Below, one piece after another: positions 10,014-20,568 of a DNA stretch of 64,000 nt (position 1 is the first letter of the stretch; each line of letters starts with the position of its first letter). Location of the stretch: positions 98,580,001 through 98,644,000 of the forward strand of contig OZ024743.1 of assembly GCA_964016885.1 (NCBI GenBank), read 5' to 3'. This DNA comes from Eledone cirrhosa. Taxonomy: Eukaryota. The position numbers and the translations under genes were made by a program. The notes beneath the pieces are model-generated. The model was not told where the DNA came from. It saw only the letters and a program-made list of their open reading frames with translations, and did no database searches.

Positions 10014-12198
10014 TCATCATCATCATCATCATCATCCTTTAACGTCCGTGTTCCATGCTTGCATGGGTTTGGACGGGAGTTTTCCCACTTGAGGCAAGAG
10101 TGGTTGTCTTGCTCGCATAGGACTGTCTGGCGGGTTTTCTACAGTTGGATGCCCTTCCTAACACCAACCACATTTAGTGTGGGGCTGGGAGGTTTTTACC
10201 GTGTTGCCTACACGGCCACATTACAGCGTGGACTGTCTGGCAGGTTTTCTACAGCTGGATGCCCTTCCTAACACCAACCACATTTACAGTGTGGGACTGG
10301 GAGGTTTTTACCGTGTTGCCTACACGGTCACATTACAGCGTGAACTGTGTTTTTTTCTCGTGACACCTACACGATCTCATTTGTTTCGGCCTGGATCTTG
10401 TGGCACCAACATAACTTTACATTGAAAGGGGCGTTGTGGATGGGGTAGGGGTGGTGGGACGGGGGTGTATTTTGTTAGAGATGCCTACTGACTGTAGTAG
10501 GTTTTACTTTGTATTTAGGTAACGCGGGTCTTCTCTATTACTGAGTACCGCCAAAGCTCTCGGTCCAGTGACATTGTCTTGGAGAGGTGTAAGTGTGTGA
10601 GGTCGGAATTTATCAGCTCGTCCCAGGTTTTTCTGGGTCTGCCTACTCCGTGGCTACCGTCTATCTTTATTGCCCTGCACTTTGCTATACCGCTGTCGTC
10701 TTTCATGCGCATCACGTGACCATACCAACGTAGCCTTCTCTCGAGTAAACAACATCTGATCCCTCTTATTTCTAATTTTTTCCTTAGTTCGTTTATGCTT
10801 TGCCGTTCGCGTATATTACTATTACACATCCAGTGGAGCATGCAAGCTTCGTTCCTCTCTAGTCTGCGTATATCCTCTGCACACAATGCCCAGGTCTCAC
10901 TGCCATGCAACATTGCTGTTCGTATGCAGGCATCGTACAACCTGCCTTTCATTTTTAGGGAGAACCCTTTAGCGGCTAATAGTGGTATAAGCTCTCTGAA
11001 CTTTTTCCATCCAGTTCTGACTCTAGCTACTGTACTTTCGGAGCACCCTCCCCCACTGTTGATTTTGTCACCCAGGTAACGGAAGCTGTCCACTATTTCT
11101 ATAGAACCCTCTGCGCAGTTGAAAGAGCTAGTATTTTGTGGGCACTTGCTGCTACTTATTGCACCAGAGCACCGGCCACATGTAAAATCTGTGTTCTTAG
11201 TTAGCTTACCTGTGATCCCACTACATCTTTTATGCACCCATACTTTGCATTTGGGACATAAAATGGAGTTTCTACCTACGCCTTTCCTACACACTGAGCA
11301 TGGCCATTTACCGGAAGGGACCAGCGCCTTATTTTCTTTCCTACAAACTAGAACTTTAGTCTTAGCCATGTTAATTTTAAGGCCTTTTGATTCTAGGCCG
11401 TGCTTCCATGTTTGGAATTTCTTCTCTAGCTCGGCCATTGATTCCGCTATGAGCGTTAGGTCATCTGCGTATAGGAGTTCCCATGGGCAGCCGGTCTTGA
11501 ACTCTATTGTTATAGCCTGAAGAGCAATAATGAATAGTAGGGGGCTAAGAACAGAGCCCTGATGGACACCAACTTTTACGTTAAACTCTTCACTATATTC
11601 GTTGTTAATTCTAACCTTGCTCACTGTTTCTTTATACATGGCTTGTATAGCTCTCACAAGCCATTCGTCAACACCTAGTTTTCTAAGAGCCCACCAGATA
11701 ATGGAACGGGAGACTCTGTCGAAGGCTTTCTCCAAGTCGACAAAGGCTAAGTATAGGGGTTTACTTTTAGCTAGGTACTTCTCCTGTAGTTGTCGTACAA
11801 TGAAAAGAGCGTCTGTGGTACTTTTGCCTGACACAAACCCGAACTGCATTTCATCTAGATTGATTCTCTCTCTGATTAGTTGCACTATTACTTTTTCCGT
11901 GACCTTCATGACCTGGTCGATTAATTTAATCCCTCTATAGTTACTCCTATCTAGGGCGTCTCCTTTACCCTTGTAACAGTTAATGATGATGCTGCTACGC
12001 CAGTCCTTCGGAACAACCCCATTCTGTATGACTTGGTTTACTATCCGGGTGACCATGGTGTGTCCCACCGTTCCAGAGGCCTTCAGCATCTCAGCAACTA
12101 TTTCCGAAGGCCCAGCCGCCTTACCCGTCTTCATATCTTTGATTGCCTTACTTATTATACTACCTTCAACTAACTCTGCTGGTCCCTCTATTGGATCA
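10013..12198 (-). mobile_element. 5'-truncated RTE-clade LINE with ~500-bp 3'UTR and (ATG)n tail
   Basis: Intact RT ORF. 3' end ...GGAACACGGACGTTAAAGG(ATG)n. The 3'UTR contains a ~110-bp tandem duplication. Confidence 0.93.
10515..12198 (-). CDS. RTE LINE reverse transcriptase (partial ORF, no endonuclease domain) with an inserted PHD-like C4HC3 zinc finger
   Basis: Motifs KAAGP, NYRGI, QFGF, FVDLEKAFD, GVHQGSVLSPLLF, LLYADD, RRLRWYGHVMR and GRPRKTW. The first ~20 aa of the tracked ORF (12199-12260) derive from flanking DNA. Confidence 0.9.
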
Positions 12199-13142
12199 AA
12201 ATATTTCATTATTATTATTATACTTCTTTTATACTCTTTTATAGTTTTTTCATACACCAAGAATCTAAAAATGATTATCTATCTACCATATGCACAAGAA
12301 ATATTTGTTACACAAATATTAGGGCATCAGATATGATGCCTTGTGTTATCTATTCCTGTTTTGTGCATTCTGAGTTCAAATCCCACCTAAAAACACTGGT
12401 AAGATAGTTACATGGTGAGACTGAGTTCCCTATCCTTAAAACAATCAATAAACCTCCTATGAGACACAGCTTCACTTGAGGCTAGCTAAATCTATGTAGG
12501 TATAAGTTGTTAGAACAACAACAAAGCAGCTTAAAGATGAGATTCATTGGCAGATTCAAATACCTTAGCTACAGAGAGACTGGAATTAATAGGATATGAA
12601 CTGCTAACTTTTAGCTTGTTGTCCATTAACCAATTTGCCATCTGCACTCATTGGAATTTCAATTATTTAAAAATATATACCACCTTAGCTAGTGTCGGAT
12701 CACTTATGAGCACTGCTAGTAACATGTAATGCAGTACAAGTTGTTACATGGTTAAGTTGTTGGCAACTAAACTGGCAACCCTGCCAAGCAAGCTTGGTGA
12801 GGAGGGTGGTTTTTGGGCACCCTGTGGGATGAGAAATAAAACCTGACAATGGATGGTGGAACTCAGGAGAATCAACGACCAACCAAATAAAGAAAAACAG
12901 GTTGACAAAGTTTGTTAGCCTTGGTCGGCAGTGTGTCTAGAAAAGGTTTCATAACTGGGGTCGGTGGAACTACCCATCTCTATGACAAACTTTTAAGTGG
13001 CCAATGACTTCATCCCTATGATGAAGGCAGATGAGCTGTGACTCAGTAGCTAGCTTCTGAGTAATGCTCAGATGAGAATTCAGAACCCACTGATGTCACT
13101 TTTTCCTGATGAGAATCATGGACATACAGTCTAAAGTCTGTT

Positions 13143-13412
13143 TTAAGCCAGAAGGCTCATTAGGCTGGTGCTTATCCTGGTCTCCATGTCATGAAGTGAC
13201 TGAGAGTACAAGACTCCTCCCTGGACAGGACACCAGTCTATTGCAGGGTTAAACCCCCAGTTATCGCTGGTACTCATTTTCAGCTGAGTATACTGGAGCA
13301 ACATGAAATGAAGTGTTTTGCTTAAGAACACAACACACAACCCAGCCCAGGAATTGAACTCATGGCATTATGATTGTAAGTTCAACACCCTTACCACTAG
13401 GCCACATGCCTC
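13143..13412 (-). mobile_element. tRNA-derived SINE (second family), near full length
   Basis: Minus strand starts GGAGGCATGTGGCCTAGTGGTAAGG (A box), then GAGTTCAATTCC (B box), a body ...CAGCTGAAAATGAGTACCAG... and a CTGGCTTAAAA end. Confidence 0.75.
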
Positions 13413-14029
13413 CACGATGGACATACAGCATCATATAAATGAATATTGGTGCAATTGCCTTAGTCCACAGCCCTCATCAAACATTAGAATGGGAAGAGAC
13501 CCGGCCATTTTAGTATTTTAATGATTTTACTGTAAAAGATGGACGTTAAACGATGATGATGATGATATATTTTATGAAGTCACATTCTGAAATTCCATTC
13601 AAGCCTTTGATATTCCATTTAAGACAAAACTATTTTTTGAAGTGATCTGATTTCTAATTCATAATTCAAAGCTAGAATAGAAAATTAAAGAAGCAGAACA
13701 GAAGTGGTTAAATAAATATCTATTGACATAGACATAGGCATAGCTGTATCTTCTACAGACACTGTGCAGAAACCTGTTACACACACACACATACACAGAT
13801 ACTCTCACACATATGCTGTCTCTTTCTCTCTCACACACACATACACAAACATATATATATTATATCTCAGTTTTTAGAGTAGGTACATCGTATCCATGCA
13901 TGTAATAAGAATGACTAAAAGGGTTGTCCAACCCAGGCCAGTATGGAAAAATGGAAGTAAAAACTATGATTTATTGAACTATTTTCATTGCAAAAAAAAA
14001 ATATGTTTAAGTTAATTTCAATAAAATAC

Positions 14030-14172
14030 ATCCCACCCCTATACCTACCTCGCCAATCCCCATACACCTACCCCACCCTAGTCCCCAGTCCACACTGTAA
14101 ATGTGGTTGGCATTAGGAAGGGCATCCAGCTGTAGAAACCAATTCAAAATCAGTTCTGTATGAGCAAGACAT
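14030..14172 (+). mobile_element. RTE 3'UTR-related fragment
   Basis: cagtccacactgtaaatgtggttggcattaggaagggcatccagctgtagaaa is the reverse complement of the RTE 3'UTR at ~10245-10300. Confidence 0.65.
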
Positions 14173-14293
14173 CATCACCTGATCTGGCTTGTCTCGCAAA
14201 TTGCTGACAATTGTTTCTTCCAGACGAAGTGCTTAGTACTATCTCCCTATTTATCATTATATATAACTTGTATATAAGTATAAATATTATTAT

Positions 14294-14333
<40 letters not shown>

Positions 14334-14437
14334 AAGAAGAAAAGAGAATCAGTGTTGCGACGAATCGAATTTATTGGACATATTACAATCGTTTCTCAGG
14401 TGACCAGCTCAAGGCACGATCGATGTGATGATATATA

Positions 14438-14621
14438 TAATAATTGTTTCTACTTTTGGCACAAGACCAGCAATTATCCCCAGTGTATTACTGGTACTTT
14501 ATTTTATCAACCCTGTAAGGATGAAAGGTAAAGTTAACTTCGGCTGGATTTGAACTCAGAACGTAAAGAGCCAAAACACTGTGTTGTAAAGCATGTTGTC
14601 TGACCCTCTACCAATACTGCC
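14438..14621 (-). mobile_element. MetaSINE-like tRNA SINE
   Basis: Reverse complement of the 2288-2475 family. Confidence 0.8.
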
Positions 14622-14790
14622 ATATATATTATAATAATAAAATGGATAAGGTGTTAGATGTTCATAACATTTATTGAGGTGTGACACGTTTCGAGATCAG
14701 TTCAAAGTTCGATCTGTATCGATTGGGCTCGACTCTGGAATCAAAATGTCTTCAGACTTCTGTTATGTCTATTTTATTATTATTATTATA

Positions 14791-14905
14791 CTCAAATCCC
14801 GCCGAGGTTAACTTTGCCTTTCATCCTTACGGGGTCGATAAAATAAAGTACCAGTAATGCACTGGGTAATTGCTGGCCTTGTGCCAAAAAGTAGAAACAA
14901 TTATT
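14791..14905 (+). mobile_element. 5'-truncated MetaSINE-like SINE
   Basis: Nearly identical to 2362-2475; inserted in an (ATT)n run. Confidence 0.8.
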
Positions 14906-15051
14906 ACACTCTGCTTAGTACAACATCAATATACCTACTGGAAACTACACATCGAGTGCTCCCTCTGGTGGACCTACAGTGACTTGATGTTACAATCCCT
15001 AAACCTATGCTAGTGTGGCAGAATGGATGTATAATGGTGATGATGATAATG

Positions 15052-15236
15052 ATATCATCACCATAATCATCACTGTATTATGTCTGTTCTTCCACGCTGG
15101 CATGGGTTAGATGGGTTGTCCTATCGTGAGCAGTGTCTGGTTGGCTGACTTTGTCTTGCTCATACGGGAACTGATTCTGGCTTCATTTCTACAGCTGGAT
15201 GCCGTTCCTAACACCATATGGTGTTAGGAAGGGCAT
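15052..15236 (-). mobile_element. RTE-tail-related short element ending in a fold-back palindrome
   Basis: Degenerate (CAT)n tail, TTCCACGCTGGCATGGGTT and TTCTACAGCTGGATGCC motifs, with a terminal 38-bp palindrome at 15199-15236. Confidence 0.55.
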
Positions 15237-15443
15237 ATATATTTATATATGCATACATATATATATATATGCATATATATATATTGTTATACTTTGGGAG
15301 GGTCATGTTGCCAATAAGAAACACACGCACCAGTTGCTTTCACTTCAATCTAATTTATTAATTATATATTTATAAATTTACAAATTTATAAATTTCTGGT
15401 TGGTTGGTTGGTTCCACAACCAGATAGTTGTTTATATATATAT

Positions 15444-15488
15444 AGTCATAGTTCTTTCGTCACACACTCTGTGACCTCTTCAGTGACT
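15444..15488 (-). ncRNA. Mirror copy of the minimal hammerhead ribozyme motif
   Basis: Exact reverse complement of 15598-15642 within the left arm of the inverted repeat. Confidence 0.65.
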
Positions 15489-15597
15489 GGGGATTTCTTT
15501 CTTCGTTTCTGTGCCTTTCCTTTCTTCTATCCTACGCCATACAAAATGGCGTAGGATAGAAGAAAGGAAAGGCACAGAAACGAAGAAAGAAATCCCC

Positions 15598-15642
15598 AGT
15601 CACTGAAGAGGTCACAGAGTGTGTGACGAAAGAACTATGACT
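15598..15642 (+). ncRNA. Minimal type I hammerhead ribozyme motif
   Basis: Stem I AGUCA/UGACU; core CUGAAGA; stem II (G)GUCACA-gagug-UGUGAC; GAAAG-aa-CUA cleavage triplet with a 2-bp stem III. One extra G precedes stem II. Confidence 0.65.
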
Positions 15643-15892
15643 ATATATATATAAACAACTATCTGGTTGTGGAACCAACCAACCAACCAGAAATTTATAA
15701 ATTTGTAAATTTATAAATATATAATTAATAAATTAGATTGAAGTGAAAGCAACTGGTGCGTGTGTTTCTTATTGGCAACATGACCCTCCCAAAGTATAAC
15801 AATATCGGTTTCAACACACGATTTCAGATAAAGAATCTTGCTAAACAAATTCAGAAACAACATATATATATATATATGTATATATGCATATA

Positions 15893-16437
15893 TCATCATC
15901 ATCATCATCATTTAACGTCCATCTTCCACGCTTGCATGGGTTTGGACGGGAGTTTTCCCACCTGAGGCAAGATTGGTTGTCCTGCTCGTATAGGACTGTC
16001 TGGCGGGTTTTCTACGGCTGGATGTCCTTCCTAACACCAACCACGTTTACAGTGTGGACTGGGAGGTTTTTACCATGTTACCTACATGGCCACATTACAG
16101 CGTGGACTGTGTGTTTTTTTTTGTCATGACACCTACACGTCTGGCAGGTTTTCTACGGCTGGATGTCCTTCCTAACACCAACCACATTTACAGTGTGGAC
16201 TGGGAGGTTTTTACCATGTTACCTACACGGCCACATTACACGTGGACTGTGTTTTTTTTTTTGTCGTGACACCTACACGACCTCATTTGTTTCGGACTGG
16301 ATGTTGTGGTACCAACATAACTTCACATTTAAGGGGGTGGTGTGGATGGGGTGGGGGTAGTGGGATGGGGGTGTATTTCGTTAGAGGTGCCTACTGACTA
16401 GGTTTCGCTTTGTACTTAGGCAAGGCGGGTCTTCTGC
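15893..16437 (-). mobile_element. Severely 5'-truncated RTE copy (3'UTR plus last codons QKTRLA*)
   Basis: Colinear with 10013-10530, including the internal duplication and the (ATG)n tail. Inserted in (TA)n. Confidence 0.88.
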
Positions 16438-16632
16438 ATACATATATATATATATGTATATATACATATACATATATGCATATATACATATATATATATG
16501 TATATATGCATATATACATATATATATGTATATATGCATATATACATATATATATATGCATATATACATATATGCATATATATATATATGCATATATACA
16601 TATATATATATGCATATATACATATATATATA
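16438..16632. repeat. Compound (TA)n microsatellite with TGCA/TACA interruptions
   Basis: Direct reading. Confidence 0.9.
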
Positions 16633-17001
16633 TCATAATCATCATCAGGTCGAGCCTGCTCGGCCTTCTACGACATGTTTCCTCCATCCATCTCTGTCTC
16701 TCATAGCGTTTGCCAGTTCTTCCGCAGTGCATCCAGTATCGTCCCCAAGTTGCTTGACGAATGTCTTTTTGGGATGACCAGCATTTCTTGCTCCATGAGA
16801 TGAACTCCATAACAACACATCGCCTGCTTTAACCATATCTTGGAGGGAACACCCAACAAATAAGGATCTCTATGGCAATATACCACCTATCAGCAAGTCA
16901 ATACGTAAAGAGAGACTCAGATTTGCTGGCCACTGTTGGCGCAGCAAGGAAGAAATAGCAGGCAATGTGTTGTTATGGAGTCCATCTCATGGAGCAAGAA
17001 A
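16633..17001 (-). mobile_element. RTE-like LINE 3' fragment with inverted 5' segment
   Basis: 16633-16828 minus: [32 protein letters not shown]...[11 protein letters not shown]...* plus (TGA)n. 16829-17001 plus: LTISWREHPTNKDLYGNIPPISKSIRKERLRFAGHCWRSKEEIAGNVLLWSPSHGAR. Confidence 0.8.
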
Positions 17002-17816
17002 CATATATATATAAGCCTATATACATACAGATATGTCTGTGATTGTCTATGTTTTCAAAACATAGATAAGATAAATACCAGACTAGAATTAGTATTGGGT
17101 CAAAAGTATCGAAAGCCATACACATGCAGTACCACAACAGAATGACTGAAATGTATAAAAGAATAAATAAAATACTTCAATTGTCTCACTAATAAATTTT
17201 AACTCAAGCCTTTTACACAATACACTTCCACAGGAACAATTAATTTATTTGTATTTTTAGTAACACATATGGATCAGAACAATAGCTAATAATGAATTGT
17301 TACATATTTACAAAAACAATTAAAATTTCTTAAGAATTAATATTAAAGAAACAAAAATGCCACACATGACATACAACGTAATAAAATTGACTTACACAAT
17401 ATAAATGGTTAAAATTATATATTTTTTTATGTTTCAATACATAATAACTTAAACATATATAAGCAGAAAATGAAGTTTGTTCTAAATATTTGCCAGTAAA
17501 ATGATATCAAAAATAAAAGATACAAATAAGTTTATAAACAATACCACTCAATAACTTCCATTTAAATTTTTGTTTAGAATTTCAATTCAGAATTTATAGC
17601 TTTTGTCTTATCAATATATCAATAGAACATCATTGGAAAGCCTATTTACAATTACATTTCCTATAATGTGGTTTGTTCAATATTTTGTATGTAAAATAAT
17701 CTTTTATTTCAGACAAAAAGCCATCAGTTTTCTTTAGCCAGCGGTTATGAAGGTGTATAAAATAACTATTAAATATATTTATTGGAATAAAAATACATCC
17801 CTTTTTCAGTCATTGG

Positions 17817-17848
<32 letters not shown>

Positions 17849-17852
17849 AATA

Positions 17853-18016
17853 CACACACATATATGTGGTGGTGGTGGCAAGAATGATGATTGAGGAGTG
17901 GATGCATGGATATCTTAAAAAATGATTATATATATATATATAATAACTTTTTAAGATATCTATGTATTTGTTCTTCAATCATCATTTTTGCTACCGCCCC
18001 CACATATATGTGTGTA
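17853..18016 (+). repeat. Imperfect ~75-bp inverted repeat around a (TA)n loop
   Basis: acatatatgtggtggtggtggcaagaatgatgattga...gatatcttaaaaa pairs with tttttaagatatc...tcaatcatcatttttgctaccgcccccacatatatgt. Confidence 0.85.
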
Positions 18017-18371
18017 TATATATATTTATATATTATTGATTGATAGTTTGTCTATTTTTTCTCTAACACTAAGATGATTGTAGCTTAGCTATGTTGGGAA
18101 TTCTGGAAGTAATGAAAACAGACGATATAGGTTTCCTATGTCCAAGTCATAACTTATTTATATTTCTAAACACTACTGTCACTTTTATATTAGTCCGTTG
18201 TCTCTGTATGTGTGTGTGTGATTTGATATATAGATGTGTGTGTGGTTGTTTGTATTGTATGCACTCAGTTAAACTATAGGCCACTTGTTTATCTGAACCT
18301 TCAGGGAGAAGAATCGATAAAAATAAAACAGCCTGGATTTAGTGGAAATCTATACACACCTACACACACAA

Positions 18372-18414
<43 letters not shown>

Positions 18415-18758
18415 ATGTGTGTGTGTGTGTGATCATAATCCCCAATTAACATTCTTTCTTCCATGGTAACATGGTTAGATGGGTCATCTCAGACCAAGTT
18501 AGCTCTCAGCGAGACAAACCTGGGGCTGTATTTTGCTTACATATGCTCAAAGCCTATTGGGTGCATTTTATTATGGCACCAGCACTAGTGAGGTTGTCGT
18601 GCTCATGACACAAATGAAGAGTCCTTTCAATCCTGTGTTTGGGAAAGTTTCTATGGCCGGATGCCCTTCATAACACCATTTTAGAGTATGAAAATGATTA
18701 TCAATATGTATGTATATATATATATAGGGCAAAGAAAGTGTGGTAAGAAACCCAGTAG

Positions 18759-19080
18759 TACCACCACTACCACTACCACCACCACCACCACCACCACCAC
18801 TACGACCACCACCACTAACACCACCACCACTACCACCACCACTACCACCACCACCGCTACCACCACAACTACCACCGCCACCACCACTAACACCACCACC
18901 ACAACCACCACCACCATTTGTTCTATTTATTATTATTCTTTTTGGCTTTACTCCTTTCTTTCTCTTTCCTCCTTCCTTCCTTCCTTCCTTTCTCCTTTCT
19001 TTCTCTTTCCTCCTTCCTTCCTTCCTTTCTCCTTTCTTTCTCTTTCCTTCTTCCTTTCTTCCTTCCTTTCTCCTTTCTTC
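18759..19080 (+). repeat. (ACC/ACT)n microsatellite followed by a CT-rich low-complexity tract
   Basis: Direct reading; explains the poly-T, poly-P and poly-V ORFs. Confidence 0.9.
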
Positions 19081-19107
19081 ATTATATGAATTATTTCTTT
19101 TCTGAAA

Positions 19108-19405
19108 TCATCATCATCATCATTTTACGTCCGCCCTTCCCTGCTTGCAAGGGTGGGACGGGTCCTATTCAGCACAGCATCTCTCCACTTGTCACGGTCC
19201 TTCGTCATCTCCTCCGTGAGTTTCAGCGATCTGAGGTCAGTTCTCACCACCTCCGCCCATGATTTTTGTGGTCTACCTCTACCACGTCTTCCTTCAACTA
19301 GCATTTCCTGGCATTTCTTCACCCATCGGTCATCCTCCATGCACATCACATGTCCATACCATCGCAGTCTTCTCTCCCGCACACTACAATCTATCCCTCT
19401 CAGAC
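19108..19405 (-). mobile_element. RTE LINE 3' fragment (subfamily with a very short 3'UTR)
   Basis: LRGIDCSVRERRLRWYGHVMCMEDDRWVKKC...GRGRPQKSWAEVVRTDL...RDKWRDAV, followed by an (ATG)n tail. Confidence 0.85.
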
Positions 19406-19476
19406 ACAATTTCATCATCATCATCATCCTCCTCATCACCACCTCCCCCTTATCCCATGCCCCCACCTCCCTCCAC

Positions 19477-19930
19477 ATCATCATCATCATTTAATGTCTA
19501 TTTTCCATACTTGTCATGTGCTGAGGCCAGACTAGTCAGGCACTAGGTACTGCTCATACATTTTCTTTTGGCATGGTTCTTACAGCTGGATGTCTTTCCT
19601 AATGTCAGCAACTCACCACTTTACACCATGTATTGGGGACATGATGTTTTTGTTTGGATGCCCTTTCTAACATCAACCACATTACAGCATGTACTAAGAG
19701 CATTTTATGATGACTCCAGCACCACCATCTTACAGGATGGACTGGGTGCTCTGTTATGCTTTGTTGACCCTCACCACATCAGGTTTTCCTAGGTCTTCTC
19801 CTTCCAAGGGATCCCTAGACTTCGAGCCCTCTGCACTTTTTTATGCAGCTGTCATCTTTCATACATATTAAATGTCCATACCATCGCTGTTTTCTCTCCT
19901 GCACACTGCAACTGGCGCCTCTGATGTTCA
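19477..19930 (-). mobile_element. Older degenerate RTE 3' fragment
   Basis: LNIRGASCSVQERKQRWYGHLICMKDDSCIKKC plus degenerate 3'UTR motifs (CAGCTGGATG..CCTAA) and a (CAT)n tail. Confidence 0.6.
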
Positions 19931-20018
19931 GTTTTATTATGAATAAAGCAAAAACAAAACAAAAACAAAACAAAACAATACACACACACATGCACACACA
20001 CATGTATATATGCATGTG

Positions 20019-20308
20019 CAGGGCCTGCGCTACCATATTATCAAACTCGGCAGCTGCCTAGGGCACTCATTTCATGAAGCACATTTCTCCAAATCAACAA
20101 CAATTCTGAAAAATAAATAAATTCCAGTTTTATTGAGGGTCGTTTTTTATCCCGGTTTATTTCATACAGTTAAAAATAAATGTTGAAAGAAATATTCTAA
20201 ATTTATTGTTTATTAATTTTTATATTGATATTTTCCTTGGCGGATGGGGTGGGATGTGTGTGTATGCAGAATCTAACCTAGCCTAGGATGCCATATAGTC
20301 TGGCCCTG
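20019..20308. mobile_element. hAT-like MITE
   Basis: Termini CAGGGCC...GGCCCTG with subterminal GCCTAGG motifs at both ends. Confidence 0.45.
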
Positions 20309-20568
20309 ACCTTGTATGTCTGTTCAAAGTCTGTGTTTATGTTTATTGTTTGTTTCTGTCCTGCAAATTTATTCAATGGAAGATTTATATTTCATCTTCT
20401 TAACACAACAGAAACTGATGTTATGAATTGGCTCTATATATTTGTGTAACAGATTAGCTTCATTATTTCATGACTTTTGTGGGATTGCAGACAATAAATA
20501 GCACACCAATTATGTCTTCATCACATCTCACTCTCACTCAACTAGTTAAACAGGAATGGTATATAGAC

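Larger units (their letters stand above)
15281..15805. mobile_element. Inverted repeat (2 x 260 bp, 5-nt spacer ACAAA), probably an inverted Penelope-like element pLTR remnant
   Basis: 15281-15540 is the reverse complement of 15546-15805 (no mismatch seen by eye). It contains a minimal hammerhead motif and lies among (TA)n tracts. Confidence 0.7.

Noticed and set aside
10795-12336. Plus-strand ORFs overlapping the RT
   Set aside because: Antisense shadows of the RTE ORF.
16381-16810. YI/HI-rich ORFs
   Set aside because: Translation of a (TA)n compound microsatellite.
18681-19262. Poly-Pro/Thr/Val and F/S/L-rich ORFs
   Set aside because: Translation of (ACC)n and CT-rich simple repeats.
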